The notes beneath the pieces are model-generated. The model was not told where the DNA came from, did no database searches, and saw nothing but the letters and a program-made list of their open reading frames with translations. A program made the position numbers and the translations under genes. 64,000 bases of DNA from Blasia pusilla (taxonomy: Eukaryota): contig CM114271.1 in the NCBI GenBank assembly GCA_050084515.1, positions 43,462,001-43,526,000 on the forward strand, written 5' to 3'. This document shows, piece by piece, positions 27,611 through 41,139 of the stretch; position 1 is the first letter of the stretch, and every line of letters starts with the position of its first letter.

Positions 27611-28867
27611 TTCTATTTTGTCTCCAAGCAAAAGTATGCTAGAGAAATCTTGAAGCCATTCGTGATGATCGAGTGTAAGGCAATGGTCTCGCCAATGGAG
27701 GTAGAGTTGAAACTCTTGATGGAGGTTGTTTCACCATTGGTAGATGAAAAGTTGTATAGAAAGCTTGTAGGCAGTTTGATATTTTTGTGTAACACTAGAC
27801 GAGCCATTAGCTTTGCTGTGGGAGTGTTGAGTAGGTTCTCAACTAAGCCTCATGAAAACCATTGGAAGGCAGGGATGCATGTGTTGAAGTTCATCAAAGG
27901 CACTATAGAGTACGGAATCACGTATGGAGCAGGGACAAAAATGATAGCTATTTGTGACTCGGATTGGGCAGGAGATTCAAATTCTAGGAGATCAATTTCA
28001 GGTTATTGCTTCTTGGTAGGATCATGTGTACTATCATGGGTTAGCAAGAAGCAACCTAAAGTGGCTCTTTCTTCTACAGAGGCAGAGTACAAGGCGGCTT
28101 GTTATGCTTCTTTTGAAGCAGTATGGTTGAGATGGATATTGGAGGACATAGGAGAAGCACCAGAAAGTGCTATTGTAATGTGGTGTGACAATCAGAGTTG
28201 CATTGCCATAGCATATAATCCTATGTTTCATGCTTGTACAAAGCACATAGAGATCCAATATCATTTTGTTCGTGAATTGATCGAGAGAGAGGTTTTGAAG
28301 TTAGTCTATTGTCCAACAGAGGATAACCGTGCAAACATCTTCACGAAAGCTTTGAGCAGAGATCAGCTTCACCGACATCTGAAGGGTCTCGGCATAGATC
28401 CAAGACAGTAGTCCACATGAGAGTGGATATTGAGGGGGGGTGTTGGATTCTCAACATCCACTTCTCTGAGCACCATAAATCTGATCGGCCCCCTTGTATG
28501 AGGAGAATCCTAGATTGATGGTTCCGACTTAGACGTTGAAGGAGTCATAGTAATATGACGTAGGTGGTTTATGGAGTAGCATTACTAGGATTATCAAAAC
28601 CTAATGCGTCGCGGGGGTCTTGGGGTGCATCCCCTAGCCAAATTTTTCTAAGAATAGAAACAAAGAAAAATAGGTTAAAAAACCATAGTTTCCCGAGTAG
28701 TGAAATAGTCATAAACCGCAGCGATAGTGCATTCTCGTATGTCAAGTTATCTCCATATTCAGGTTCCATCAAAGTGATTCTGTGAGCGTACGGACGGACT
28801 AGGCCACTTTGTATCTCTAAGTTTTGTAAAGATTTCAGTGATCTTGTAACTTTCTATTTTCTCATCA
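27611..28867 (+). mobile_element. Ty1/copia 3' fragment: RT C-terminus and RNase H (to 28411), PPT, 3' LTR from 28441
   Basis: SKQKYAREIL, YRKLVGSLIFL, CDSDWAGD, SKKQPKVALSSTEAEY, KHIEIQYHFVRE, ANIFTKAL. PPT TTGAGGGGGGG (28430-28440) is followed by TGTTGG. The LTR end is approximate. Confidence 0.9.
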
Positions 28868-31800
28868 TCCTTTTATGTCAATTTTCTCTCTCTATTTGAG
28901 ATATGCAAAGTCTGATACCCACTTTCCACGCTTTCATACACCTCGGAGTAGGCATGTGGAAAAAGAAGTACTCCTTGGTTTGGTCTCTTTATGTATCAAT
29001 TGGGGCACGCAAACAAGTGATGGGATGTTTCCAGGCCCATTATTTATATAAATGGGTTACGTCTGTAGCCAACACTTCAGAGAGACTTACGCGTATAGAT
29101 TTATCTTTGGTATTGTCCCAACAAGGATGAAGTTTCCAAGCATAGAGATAGCATGACTAAAGGATTAAGATCACTAGATCATAGGATGTAGCATGAGGTA
29201 TAAATTTCTCTCATATCACTCCATTTTCATGTAAGTTTAACCACATTGCCCATCATTCGTCAATGTTGCATTATCACCAGCACAGCGAGGTCAAGATATT
29301 GGAAGCTAGACCTCCTCCACAATGGTGGAGTTAATCGAGTTTCTATATGGGAGATAACAAGGAAAATATTCTATATGATATGATAATTATTGCAATGACT
29401 ATCATTGATATATCACCTCTCTTAGGCAAAGCTTCCTTGAGGAAGTGGCTTATATATATCGTTGCTAGCTACTAGAAATTGACCAGATTTCTCATGGCTT
29501 TGGAAAATTCAAGTAAACTCATTTTCTAGCAGGTAAACTCATTGCATAGTATGAAGATTGCTAGATTGTAATTTCTCTGAACGAGACAAAAGAAGAAGGT
29601 GATTGTGAAACCAATCAACTTAATAGTTGGAAAACTTGAGTTATAGGAATGGGCTTGTCTATGTCTAGCAAGCTGAATTAGCTTTGTTAAAATCTCCATC
29701 TTATATCTATGTCAAGCAAGTTTATTGGAATATTGATCTCGATCTCATGTGCAACTTTATATTACATTCTCTTGTCTTCTAAAAAACTATGACTATATTT
29801 GAGAGGACATCAAATCTAAAGAAATGGCTCGTGATTAAGTAGAATAATATGTCAAACCCAACCACCATATGAAGATTAATCACAAACCACAACAACAACA
29901 TGGTAGATCTTATCCTAACCTCGCGGTGTCGCTGCTAGTACCATACTTTTAGTAGAGTCTCAATATCATTCCTTAAATTTGATTCTCCAATAATCACTTT
30001 TCATGAGTATCTAGCCTATCAGATGCAACTACGAAATGTGGCAAAATACAAGAATTCTCGAATAACGGTCATGTATGCATTAACTTTAGGATCATGGGTA
30101 TTGCACTCATGCAATTTCATAATGGTATAGTTCTCCACCTCTATAATTTTCTATAATTTAGTATAGTATTATGCTTTAATAGTGTTGCATTAGTTATATG
30201 ATGGCACAAATAATCTTCATGCCATAGAGTCAGAGTCAAGAGAATGATGATGATGGCAGATAATGATGCCAGGAAAATGCGAGAATAGTTCCATCCTTGG
30301 GCATGCTTGTAGAGTTATGAATGGGTGATGCAAAAAACTGATGTGGAGGCCACATTAGTTGCTTAGGCTTTACATATATAGGCATAATATATACTAAGAA
30401 TAACTGTGATTAGATTTGTGATTATAAAAGGTGGAGAAAAACCAATTAGGAACGTGACATGCACGAAGTAATTTAGATTAATTCCTACAATGACGAGCAT
30501 TAATTATTACTTCAAAAAATAAATTTAATGATGTGGGTTTTTTGTGACTAATTTTTTTAAATTCTAAGGCTTAAGAAATTTTTTTGATTGTGTGATAGAA
30601 TATGTGGGATAATTATGTGATCTCATCCTTTGAGAGTTGTTTAATGTTATTAGTAAGATACGTGTAAGTGCCTTGCAAGCCGATCGCCCCCTTTTAATAA
30701 CTTTGAGTTAGCTTTACCATGCTAAAATGGATCACTTACTTCAAAATGTACTTTTTGAGAGACATTTTCACATCAAGACGAAACAATCAATCCTCTCATT
30801 AGCATAAAGATGTGAAGACGTAAGTGTTAGATATACTTGTGATATATGAAACGACTTTGGTATTTGTAGCAAGGTGTTTGTCCATACGAACACCTTGAAA
30901 GTTAGAAAAGACAACACATTGGCACTTGAATATTAAAAATCTATAGAAGATGATCATATGCAATGTAATTCATAGTGCATAAGTAGAAAATGTATTAGAA
31001 GGAAGTAGTTTATGTGTTATCCTACTATGACTAAGGAGAAGCATGAGTCTGCATGACACTTGTAAGTTGTGAGATTGCTTTGCTTAGTAAGCTTAAGATT
31101 AGATGTTGTAACCTAATTGTTTTAAGAAGAGGAATTGAAACATATCAAAATGAGAGAAAATTTGCATCACAATTAATGATGCATTGGTGGTGTACTATTT
31201 ATGTGGAAGAAGTGGAATTTGAAAGGAAGACATATAATAAGGATTAAATTGGCTATATAATTTTATTTAAGAATCCCCATTTACTAGAAATATGGAGTCC
31301 CTACTTTATAGAAAATAGAAGTACGTAAATTTTTCAGTTCAAATTTCTTTCTAGGTATTTTTGAATTTTTTTTTCCTAATTTTATAACTTTCATGTAATA
31401 TAAACCATAAAATTAGTCTATAATTATTCTAATGTTCTCTATATAATTTTTATCAATAAATAATGTAAGAACTCATAAAAATCAGACTAAACATTACATT
31501 TATTTCTTGTTTTCTATTCTTGTTGGAATCCTTCATTTTCAAATTTTACTTTATTTTGATTCAACTAAGTTAAAAAATGTTTCAATTCCTTCGTAGTCCA
31601 TAAATCATGTAATCACATAAATATTAAAAAATGAAAAATTGAAAATATTTGTTATCTTCTTTTCTTTGAGTAGTAGACCAATGAAATGATCTATTCATTT
31701 TTCCTCATCGAAAAAAATTTGTTTGACTTTCAAATATAGTCCCCTTATTCATGATAAAATGGACTAAATTCAATGTTTATCCAGTGGCCTCCAATAGTAA

Positions 31801-32049
31801 AGTATCGATATTTTTTCCAATGAAAATGAAATAATAATGTAATTTTCCCTTTTTTTTCAATTTTATTTTGAATAGATGCATGCACTTGTAAAGTTGTAAG
31901 GCCTAGTTATATTAGATAAATAAATTCTTCTAAAATTAATCCAAAAGATTGCATCATCTATTAAAAAATTTTAATAGAAATTTTAATCATCTTGACTTTG
32001 AGGTCATCCCATTCATCAATTTTAGATTGGTGTTAGTAACTTAGGACCT

Positions 32050-32599
32050 GTTGTAATATATGCAGACAATATTAATAGCATCAAGCTTACTAATAACCAT
32101 GTGTTTCATGCTCGTACAAAACATGTTGAGGTGCACTATCATTTTATCAGAGAGAAAGTGCTTGCAGAAGAAATTGATCTCGTGTATATAAATACAGATC
32201 AGCAAATTGCTGACATCTTTACAAAGGCATTGTCTAGAGATAAGTTTGAGATGTTTAGAAAGGATTTAGACGTTAGACATATCGATATGAGATTGAGGGG
32301 GAGTATTGGAGATTGCGTTACAGTCAAGCTCATGAGACACCTTAACCGCTATATTTGGTACTAATACGAAGTAGGGAAGCTTAATCTTTGTTAGTCAATT
32401 AAGCACGATTATGTTAACTAGGGTTAGTTAATCACAATTAGTCTAACTCAAAACTATGGTTAAGGATAGGGTTAGGATTGCTTGTACATACCCTATATAA
32501 TTGAGAAAAGGACTAGCTTCCACTCATTCTCTCATTGGAAATTTTGTTCTTCATGGTGGTGTGTGTATGTGAGAGCCGTTTTCCATTAGTTATGCTTGT
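32050..32599 (+). mobile_element. Ty1/copia 3' fragment (RNase H end, PPT, partial LTR from 32304)
   Basis: FHARTKHVEVHYHFIREKV..QIADIFTKAL; PPT TTGAGGGGGAG (32293-32303). Confidence 0.85.
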
Positions 32600-35500
32600 T
32601 TAGCAATTTTCCACAGCACCCACGATGCTCGCGACGTTGCCAGTATGCAGGTACTCCAAGATTACTCCATCATCGTGAATGTCTCGGCCACCTATCGTCT
32701 CCTCACCGGCCTTTGGATCTAAGGACTCTCCATCAGACCTCACCATCGAAGTCTTAGTAATCTGGCTCTCCATAGCCAATAAGCCCAAATAGGCTAATAC
32801 ATCCCATCCTGGCACCAACTCCTCATCACTCTCACCATGCCAATGAGCTCCAATCGCATCTTGCTGACTTGGGCATGGATTACGGCTCAAACCATCCGCA
32901 TCTTGGTTGAGCATCCCAGGTCTATGCACCACTTGGAAGTCATTTTCTTGCAATAAAAGAGCCCACCTTGCAAGCTTCCCTGTAAGCTTTTCGGAGTCCA
33001 TCAACCACTTAAGTGGTTGATGATCAGTAAGGATGGTTAAGGGATTTCCGAATAGATAACATCTGAAATGTTCGACTGTCCACACTGCACCCAAGCACTC
33101 ATCCTCATACAAGCTATACTTCACCTCTGTATTGTTGTTTGAGCAACTAGCATAAGCCACCACAAACTCTCTACCATCATCGTCATCCTGGGTGAGCACG
33201 GCTCCAAGCCCCAACATGCTCCAATCGGTATGCAACTGGAAAGGACGCCCCCAGATCGGTCTCCTCAATAGGGGCGCGAAAGTCAATTTGTCCTTGAGCA
33301 TCTGAAATGCTCTTTCTTGCTCATCCCCCAGTGCCACTCCTGATCCACCTTGGTCATCAAGGTTAGTGGCTTCGCAATCGAACTGAAACCCTTGACGTAC
33401 CGTCGATAGAAGTTTGCCAATCCCATGAATGCACAAACTCGACTCACATCTGTAGGGCGTGGAATACGTGAAATAGCCTCTACCTTCATCTATTGCACAC
33501 CAAGGCCCCTTGGGTATATCATATGACCCAAGTACTCAATCTAGCCATAGAAGAACTTGCACTTGTATGGATGTAGCTTTAGCCCATGTAACTGCAATCG
33601 TCAAAACACCTCCTCTAGATGTCGCTCATGCTCCTCAACCATGGCGCTAAAGACTACGATGTCATCAATGTAACAGCTAGCAAAATCCAGACCTGCCAAG
33701 ATCCTATCCATGACCTTCTTAAACTCAGCCGGGGCGTTCTTTAACCCGAATGGTAAGAACCGCCACTGGTACAAACATTCCTTCCCGAGAGGATCGATGC
33801 CCCAAAATGCCATCTTCTACTTGTCCTCCAATCTGATAGGCAATTGATGGTATCCGGCTCGCAAATCTAATGAACTAAAGACCTTTGCATGCCCAATCAC
33901 ATCAAAGATCTGCTTAGGGATGGGCATGGCATACCTATCTGGCTTTGTCTGCCGATTGATAGGTCAGTAATCTCCACACATCCGCCTATCCGTCTAGTGG
34001 CCATGCACATCCTTCTTGGCGGGCATGACAGTGGCAGATGCATACTCTCCATGCGACATCTTCACTAGTCTTGCTCCAACCAAGTCCTGGCTCTCCATGT
34101 CACTATACTTGTAGGGTTATCGAAAGATTGGCGTGTTACTTGACAACTCAATGCGGATCCTTAAACCCTTCAGCATACCCAAATCATGCATATTAAATGA
34201 AAAATAGCTCCTATAACTCCTAAGGAACTAGTGTATCCGGCGCCGCTCTCCTCTTGTCAACTTAGGGCCCATATCTGGCTCCCAAGTCTCCATCATGACT
34301 ACGGTAGGACTCTCCGACGCGCGTGTTGGTGGTTGCTATGGTGCAACCCCATCTCGGACAATAGAACTCTCATCTCCACGTGCAGTCCTAAGTTGGACGT
34401 GAAAGACTAAGGAAGCCTATTCTGTTTCCTGGCTTCCCCTCGATGTGGATCCAATTCTGCGGCTGCTCCACGCGTCACAACTGCCACGGCCTCCATCTAG
34501 GCAACCCCGCACATCCAACTAGGATCATCCATATCTCTGGCTACTCCATATGATGTCGATGCCACGGATCCGGCATCGGGTAACCTCAATGCCGTAGATG
34601 AAATCTGCTCCTATAGCTGTTGTATTTGAGCAGCCATCCCAGCCTCACGCCCAGCGTCTCTCTCGACGCGTCTAGGTGGTGGGAATTGACCCCCTCCATG
34701 AGCAGCTCCACCACCCTATCGGGCAACTCCAACTCCTCGTCCCCCAACAAGACCATATGGACCGGCTACTCACTTCGATGCCCTCTCTGGCCCTCGGTCC
34801 GGACGTAACTCAGGATGTAAATTGAAACACCTACGCGTGTGTGACCATACCTTTGACAATAGTCACACCAATAACCTCTTGGTGCAGCACCATCTCCTCC
34901 TCCATGTTGAGGCACACATCCATGACCCTGACAAGTGCAATCACGCTGATGATGGGCTCCACCACATGACCAACAAGTAATCGTAGGTGGCTGCTACTAA
35001 GCCGCATACGAAGGCGCAGGTCTCTATGGCATGGCCTCCGGATATCCTCCCTGAGCTCATGGTGCCACAGTCGACCTATCTTGGAGTCCACGTTGTTGCA
35101 CAAGTGGTGTAGACAATCGTGACTACTCTCGCCTAGAACCCATGGTAGCTACGCTCTCCTCTGCCATGTTTCGCTCAATATTCTCGGCGGTCCTAAAAAC
35201 ATCTCTCAACATAGGGGTGGTGTTCATAAGAAGCACCCCTCTTGCACCCGTGTCCGTAGGGTCTGGTCCAACATCGGGTACCATGACTGGATAGCCAGAG
35301 CCTCTGTCACCCCCTGAGAGACATTGATCAACCGGCCAAAGCGAGTGTAAGCCTCATGAAAACTCTCAACTGGGCGCCTCTAGAAGTCGTGGATGCTATG
35401 CAACTTCTCCGTCTGTACCCCTTGATAGCTCGCCCTCAACTCAGCAAAGAACTCAACCACGGGGTTGAACCTCGGACGAATCTGACCAGATGGTGCAACT

Positions 35501-37503
35501 CCGCTAGTGCGAGTGACCCCTCGTAAAACATCACTAGTGGAAGAGGAAGTAGCCTCTCCTGACTCCTCCTCCTCCACTGGGAATGGCTCCGTCCATGACA
35601 CATAGTGTGAGTCATAGTAGAGTCGTCATGCCTCAATCTCTTGGGCATATCTGTGGGGAACTCATGGTAATCGTCCATGTGCGCCCCCTCTAAATGCTGG
35701 AACATACCATTCCATGCTGTAAACGGGTTGAACTCTCTAGAGTTCCTAGCCCGCTGTGAGTCACACCAACTCCTAAACTCCGCAATGAGGTCGTGTAGCT
35801 ATATAGTGCCTACAACAGCCGAAAACCTACGCGGTCCTCTATCCTGGTTGTCCATCTCGTACGCCCAACTGGTAGGACCACTCAATGTGTACGGTGGATC
35901 ACTAACACACTCCTCTGTACGCTCCCCCTCGTTTGAAGATTGACACAGAAGGAGATCATGGAGATTTCTCACATGGAGACCCTTGAAACCTTGCACCACT
36001 CCGGGTAAACCCTCCAGAGCTACTCTCAGGTCCACTACCTCGCCTCTCAAAATCCCGAAAGGATGCCGTGATGGCCCTCGTACCCCTCTCACATGATCAC
36101 TCTCAATCTTGCAAGTAATCCCTCAATCACTCAAACTAAACATGCGGCACTCAATCTACACTCTCTCACTGGGACGTGTGCTGTGCGCGCGGCAACAAGC
36201 AGCATGGTGCAGCAAATCACTGATCTATCATCTCATCGACAAACCATCCTCAACTTTGGACATCCCACACAAGTCTATGTCCCCTAAACCCATACATCAT
36301 CGATGCTCCTAGCATCAGCACGAAACCCAATATCCCAAATAATTTCCCAATATCCAGAAATCCCTCACACGTGCAGGGTAAGAGACCAGAATGGGTAACC
36401 TAACAATAATGTCAATGTCGCTCCTCGGCAAGTGCAAATCTCGACCCCAACTCGGTCGTGACGACAACTCCTCCAATCAGCAAGTCGTACTCCTCTCGTA
36501 CTGCCGCTGCTCAAACCTCCTCGATGTGCGGTGCAGGTCTAGCGGTTCGTTGTGGCACTGGCGGCACTCGACGGCATACCCTCCTCAATCAGCAATTCAC
36601 ACGCTCTGCTCCTTAGTGAAGGAGCGGCTCCGCGATCGAGACGGTACGGTGCGGCCACAAGCGGCACAACGCAGCAATTGGCAGCACATTGCAGCTACGA
36701 GCGTCGCGGCATGGTACTCAATCGTCGTCGAGCGGCTACCAATCACAACATAGCAGCATGAAATGAAAACTCAAACACCATTACTCGAGGTCATCTTCCA
36801 TCACTCGTTGATGACGAAATTACGATGACGGTGGCGGCCAAAATAAAGTACGTGGTGGCAACGCAAGTCAGAGAATCAACGGTCGTCATGGAAGACCCTC
36901 CACTCCGTAATGGCGGCAATAACAACCAAAGGGTGGACAATGGATGAACGCAGCTCTAAGCAGCTCTAGGCAGAGGCGGCGGACGGTGGACGGTGGACCG
37001 TTGACGGTGACGGTTGATCGTTGATGGTGACAACCGACTGTTGATGGTGACGGTTGACCATCAACAGCGGACCATTGACGGTCACTATGATGGCGACGGC
37101 CGCCGCCGGTGTGGCGGTTGGTTTAGGGTTTGAACAATTTAACCATAAAAATCGCCTAGCAATGGCAATTTTGCAAGATTGACCATTACTTTTTGCTCGC
37201 AACTCCAAATTGCGTACTATTTATTGCACAACGTGCATAGCTTCACAATCTAGAACAACGTCAAAAAATATTTGAATCAAATATTCCGATTAAAATTGAC
37301 AGGGACTGTTGTAAAGCCCAACGTCTCTTTCTCCTACACAAAATTTGGCAGCGCTTTCGCGCCGGTTTCTCCGAAAATAAATGTAAAACCTATGAAAATG
37401 AAAATCATCAAGCTACATGGTGCTCCCAAGAGCACTAGCATGGAGCAACCCGCCCCCATACTCAATCCCTATCAAAAATTGGGCAGCGCTTCCGCACGCC
37501 ACT
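32600..37503 (-). mobile_element. Degenerate Ty3/gypsy element 'X' (leader, gag, RT, RNase H; truncated before integrase), same lineage as the element at 37504-46908
   Basis: gag FQHLEG..DDYHEF and YQGVQTEKL; RT YQWRFLPFGLKNAPAEF..CYIDDIVVFS; RNase H FQLHTDWS..TDHQPLKWLM..DADGLSRNP. Protein segments are collinear with those of the element at 37504-46908. Confidence 0.88.
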
Positions 37504-37607
37504 TGTCGTGCGAATCCACATTGTCATACAACAAACATCGCTGACATACCATACTCACATACATACATAACATAGACGAGAGCATACACAAATACAAGTG
37601 TACCACA
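37504..37607 (-). repeat. Terminal repeat B, copy 2 (about 104 bp)
   Basis: tgtcgtgcgaatccaca...gtgtaccaca; direct repeat of 37979-38082. Confidence 0.9.
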
Positions 37608-37609
37608 AT

Positions 37610-37976
37610 TGAAATCCGTGAAAGACTTACTGTCATAAAATACGTATAGAATCACATACAATCGAGCCAAACCCACTCCACGATGGGAGAATCTAGGTCG
37701 AAGCTGCAGGAACCACCATAGCCAAGAGCTCTACTCACTACCAAGGCTAACTCCCAACGCAACAGGCTCAACTCAAAGAACTAACTGTTCTTTGAGTACA
37801 CTCCACACTATACCCTCCAATCTAAGGGCGGGCCCTATTGGGAAAGTCACCCTCAACAAAGTAACCCCCAACCCTATATATGAAACCGCATCCCTACCTA
37901 GACACTACGGCCCTACATAAGGTATGGCCTCTACTAGCACACTAAAATCTACGACATAATCCGTATGGTCATGACA
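37610..37976 (-). repeat. Terminal repeat A, copy 2 (about 367 bp; TGTCAT...ATGACA core 37631-37976)
   Basis: Direct repeat of 46542-46908, roughly 90% identical by eye. Confidence 0.9.
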
Positions 37977-37978
37977 AC

Positions 37979-38082
37979 TGTCGTGTGAATCCACATCGTC
38001 ATACAACATACATCGCTGACATACCATACTCACATATATGCATAACATAGACGAGAGCATACACAAACACAAGTGTACCACA
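37979..38082 (-). repeat. Terminal repeat B, copy 1, directly after the PPT
   Basis: Direct repeat of 37504-37607; on the minus strand it begins TGTGG one base after the purine tract. Confidence 0.9.
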
Positions 38083-38257
38083 ACTCGCCCCCCTAACTGG
38101 CGGTTAGGTCCCTCTAACTCCGAGGTAACCCTATACATCTACTACATGCTATACACCTTCGTGGGCACACGAATAAGAAGGCCGGGTGCGAGGTTGCCCC
38201 ATCATTAGTCGCACATCTGTAATTCATATCATGCAAAGATCAAGTCATCTACCCCTC

Positions 38258-38482
38258 CTAAGTACATCGAGGACAAATCCACCTTCCAGTAGGAACAACA
38301 TCCATACATGGAGTCAAACACATCATGTGCCAACCCCTAGAACACCGATCACACACCAACATACGGGCTGCATTACCAGCAGACCCACACAACATGCATC
38401 TCAAGCTACCACGTATCATGGCTAAGCTTGGATCAACAGTACCATCCACATTTGGAAGATGACATGGCGCACAATTACGCAC
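38258..38482 (-). pseudogene. PHD finger at the C-terminus of the element Y integrase
   Basis: CMLC...MLVCDRCSRGWHMMCLTP...VPTGRWICPRC is a complete C4HC3 PHD pattern. It is in frame with the integrase tail ORF 38492-39079, separated by one stop. Confidence 0.92.
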
Positions 38483-38491
38483 ATGGTCCTT

Positions 38492-39533
38492 CTAAAAAAC
38501 TCCGTCACGACCCTCCAACATGAGAACTCCAGAAGCTAACACCTCGCGCACTCGTAAAAAAGTGCGGCCTACCGTCACATCCAACGTTGTCGGTGCAATC
38601 TGCTGCAAAAAGACATAGTCCCCCACATGGAACCTACGAATCGATGGTCGATAACCTCCACCTCGAATGGTTGCATACCGCAACGTATCCCTGTGTTGAG
38701 CAATGGCAAGATTCTCAAAGGTTGTTGGCATAACTCTCCGAAAGAGCTCTGCCCGCTGAGAACACACTCTCATCCACATCTCGGGGTCATCACGGTTCAC
38801 CACCTCACTAGACTCCCGACGAATTGATGCTGGAAAATTTGGATCTCGGCTGTATAACAGAAAACTAGGTGAGAAGGAAGCCAAGGATGCTTGGCGACTG
38901 GACCTATACCCCATAGCTAACCATGGCAACTGAATATCCCAGTCTCCAAGATGCCCCTTCTGTAGGCCATACTTGCGCAATGCCCTCTTCACCGTCTGAA
39001 CCACACGCTCAGCCAAACCATCCGCCTCTAGATGATCTCGAGATGTGGTCCGATGATCAATCAACGCCTTGTCACACAAGACCTGAAACTCACCCCAAAC
39101 TCAGACCTAGTCGGTCGGTCAAGACTCTCAACTTTCGTGCACCAAAATGACTAAGCACTCTATCAAAAAATGCATATGCCGTTCCCTCACTTGCCTTGTC
39201 AGGTAATGCCACCAACTCAATCCACTTGGAGAAGTGCTCCACCATCACCAACACATATCAATGATGTCGTACAGTCAACGATAACAATCCCGCAAAATCC
39301 ACACTCCAACGGTAACCCAACCCCATAATAGGCAAGGGGTGTAACTATGGTGTAGGGGCATTGAATGATGCCCTCACCAGGTCACAAACCATACAACGTG
39401 ACACCAACTGATGCGCCTGAGTATGCATGCCACGCCACCAATATTGGCCAAGAAGTAAGCTATATGTACGCCTTACCCCAAAATGTCCCAACTCCTCATG
39501 GGCATGTCGTACAATGCGCTCTCTCTGAGCCAA
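38492..39533 (-). pseudogene. DDE integrase of element Y
   Basis: HEELGHFG...CMVC zinc motif, RWSVDFAG, VEHFSKWIELVAL, DGLAERVVQTVKRAL; disrupted by stops and frameshifts. Confidence 0.88.
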
Positions 39534-39592
39534 TGCGGCACCACTCGTACTCTACCATCCTCCCACACATGGAGAATATGTGTTCCCTCTAA

Positions 39593-40910
39593 TCAATACC
39601 TCCTAGCACGTTGAAGAACATGGTCTCGCTCCTTGGCACTCACTATGCCTAACACCCTAGTGGTCCGTAGGAACTCCAACACCAACGCAGCATCATGAAT
39701 ACCACGCTGATCCATACCACCATCTCCAAACTTAGGATCTGAAGGCTGGCCATCTACCCACTGACTAGAGTAAGATGTCATGTGGTTCTCCATACTAGAG
39801 TCCACCCTTAACCAACATAAAAATGCACATGCATGCCAACCTGGCACCATCTCCTCATCAACCTCGCAATGCCATCTAGCCCCAGTTGCATCCTCTTGGC
39901 TAATACATGGGTTCCTACTCAACCCATCAACATCAAGGTTGGAAACTCTAGGTCTTTGTACCACCTCGAAGTCATACTCCTGTAAGATAAGAGCCCACCG
40001 TGCAAGCTTCCTTGTAAGCTTGTTAGACTCCATCAACCACTTGAGCGACTGGTGATTAATAAATCCCTTCACATACCTCTGATAGTAGTTCGCCAATCCC
40101 ATGAATGCCCGAACTCTATTCATATCTACCGGACAAGGAATAACTGCAATAGCCTCCACCTTTGCTTGCTGAACTCCCAAACCACCTGGATAGATCACAT
40201 GACCCAAGTCCTCAACATCCTCATGGAAGAACTTACACTTTCCTAGATGCAAACATAGACCATGAGCTTTCAAACGCTCAAACACTAGGATCCTTTCCAT
40301 CACTCTCTGAAACTCGACAGGTGCATTCTTCAACCCAAAGGGTAAGAATTTCCACTGGTACAAACAATCCTTGCCATGAGAGTTGACACCCCAAAATGTT
40401 GTCTTGGCCTTGTCACTCTCTCGAATCGGCAACTGATGGTATCCTGCCCGAAGATCCAAAGTACTAAAAATCTTTGCATGTCCCACCACATCAAAGATCT
40501 CCTCAGGTGTAAGCATGACATACCTATCGGCCTTGGTTTGCCAATTGATAGGACGGTAATCTCCACACTTCCGCCTATCCGTGTAGTTGCCAAGCACATC
40601 CTTTTTAGCAGGCATGACAATGGCTGATGTATACTCTCCACGCAACAATCAGGTCCCTACTGTCAATCAGGTCCCTTTCCATATCACTATATCGGTAGGG
40701 ACGACGGAAGATTGGCGTATCACTAGCCAAATTAATCCGTATACCGGATCCAACCAAAGCACCCAACTCCTTCTTGCTAAAGGCAAAACAACTCTTATAA
40801 GCACGTAGGAACTGTGTCAAGCGTCGTTTCTCACCTCTCGTAAGCTTGGGCCCAGGTAATGGCTCCCAAGTATGCTCCACTGGCACACTAGAGGGAGAGG
40901 ACGACGCCAT
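39593..40910 (-). pseudogene. Reverse transcriptase/RNase H of element Y, with internal deletions
   Basis: RKCGDYRPIN, FSTLDLRAGYHQL, LPFGLKNAP. The YxDD segment and the N-terminal half of RNase H are absent relative to element X. Confidence 0.9.
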
Positions 40911-41139
40911 TGGCTGCTATGCAACCCCCTCACAAGATGGTACACCCTTAGCTACACCATCATCTGAGCGGATAACTCCTCCATCAAAATGAGCAACCAA
41001 CTCCACATGCCCAGCAAAAAATACTACTCTCCTTGCCCCAGCCGATGCCTCTACTGTCCCGGTAGCCATTAAGCTCATCACAAGGGGTGGAAGATCCACA
41101 CACATAGTCCGAAGCCGACGTTGCTTGGCAATACCAAGA

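Noticed and set aside
37487-37501. TGGCGTGCGGAAGCG (minus strand) after repeat B2 as a tRNA primer-binding site
   Set aside because: It overlaps the CACT duplication, a similar cagcgcttccgc motif occurs inside the leader of element Y, and I cannot match it to a tRNA 3' end. It remains an alternative reading in which B is the LTR of element X.
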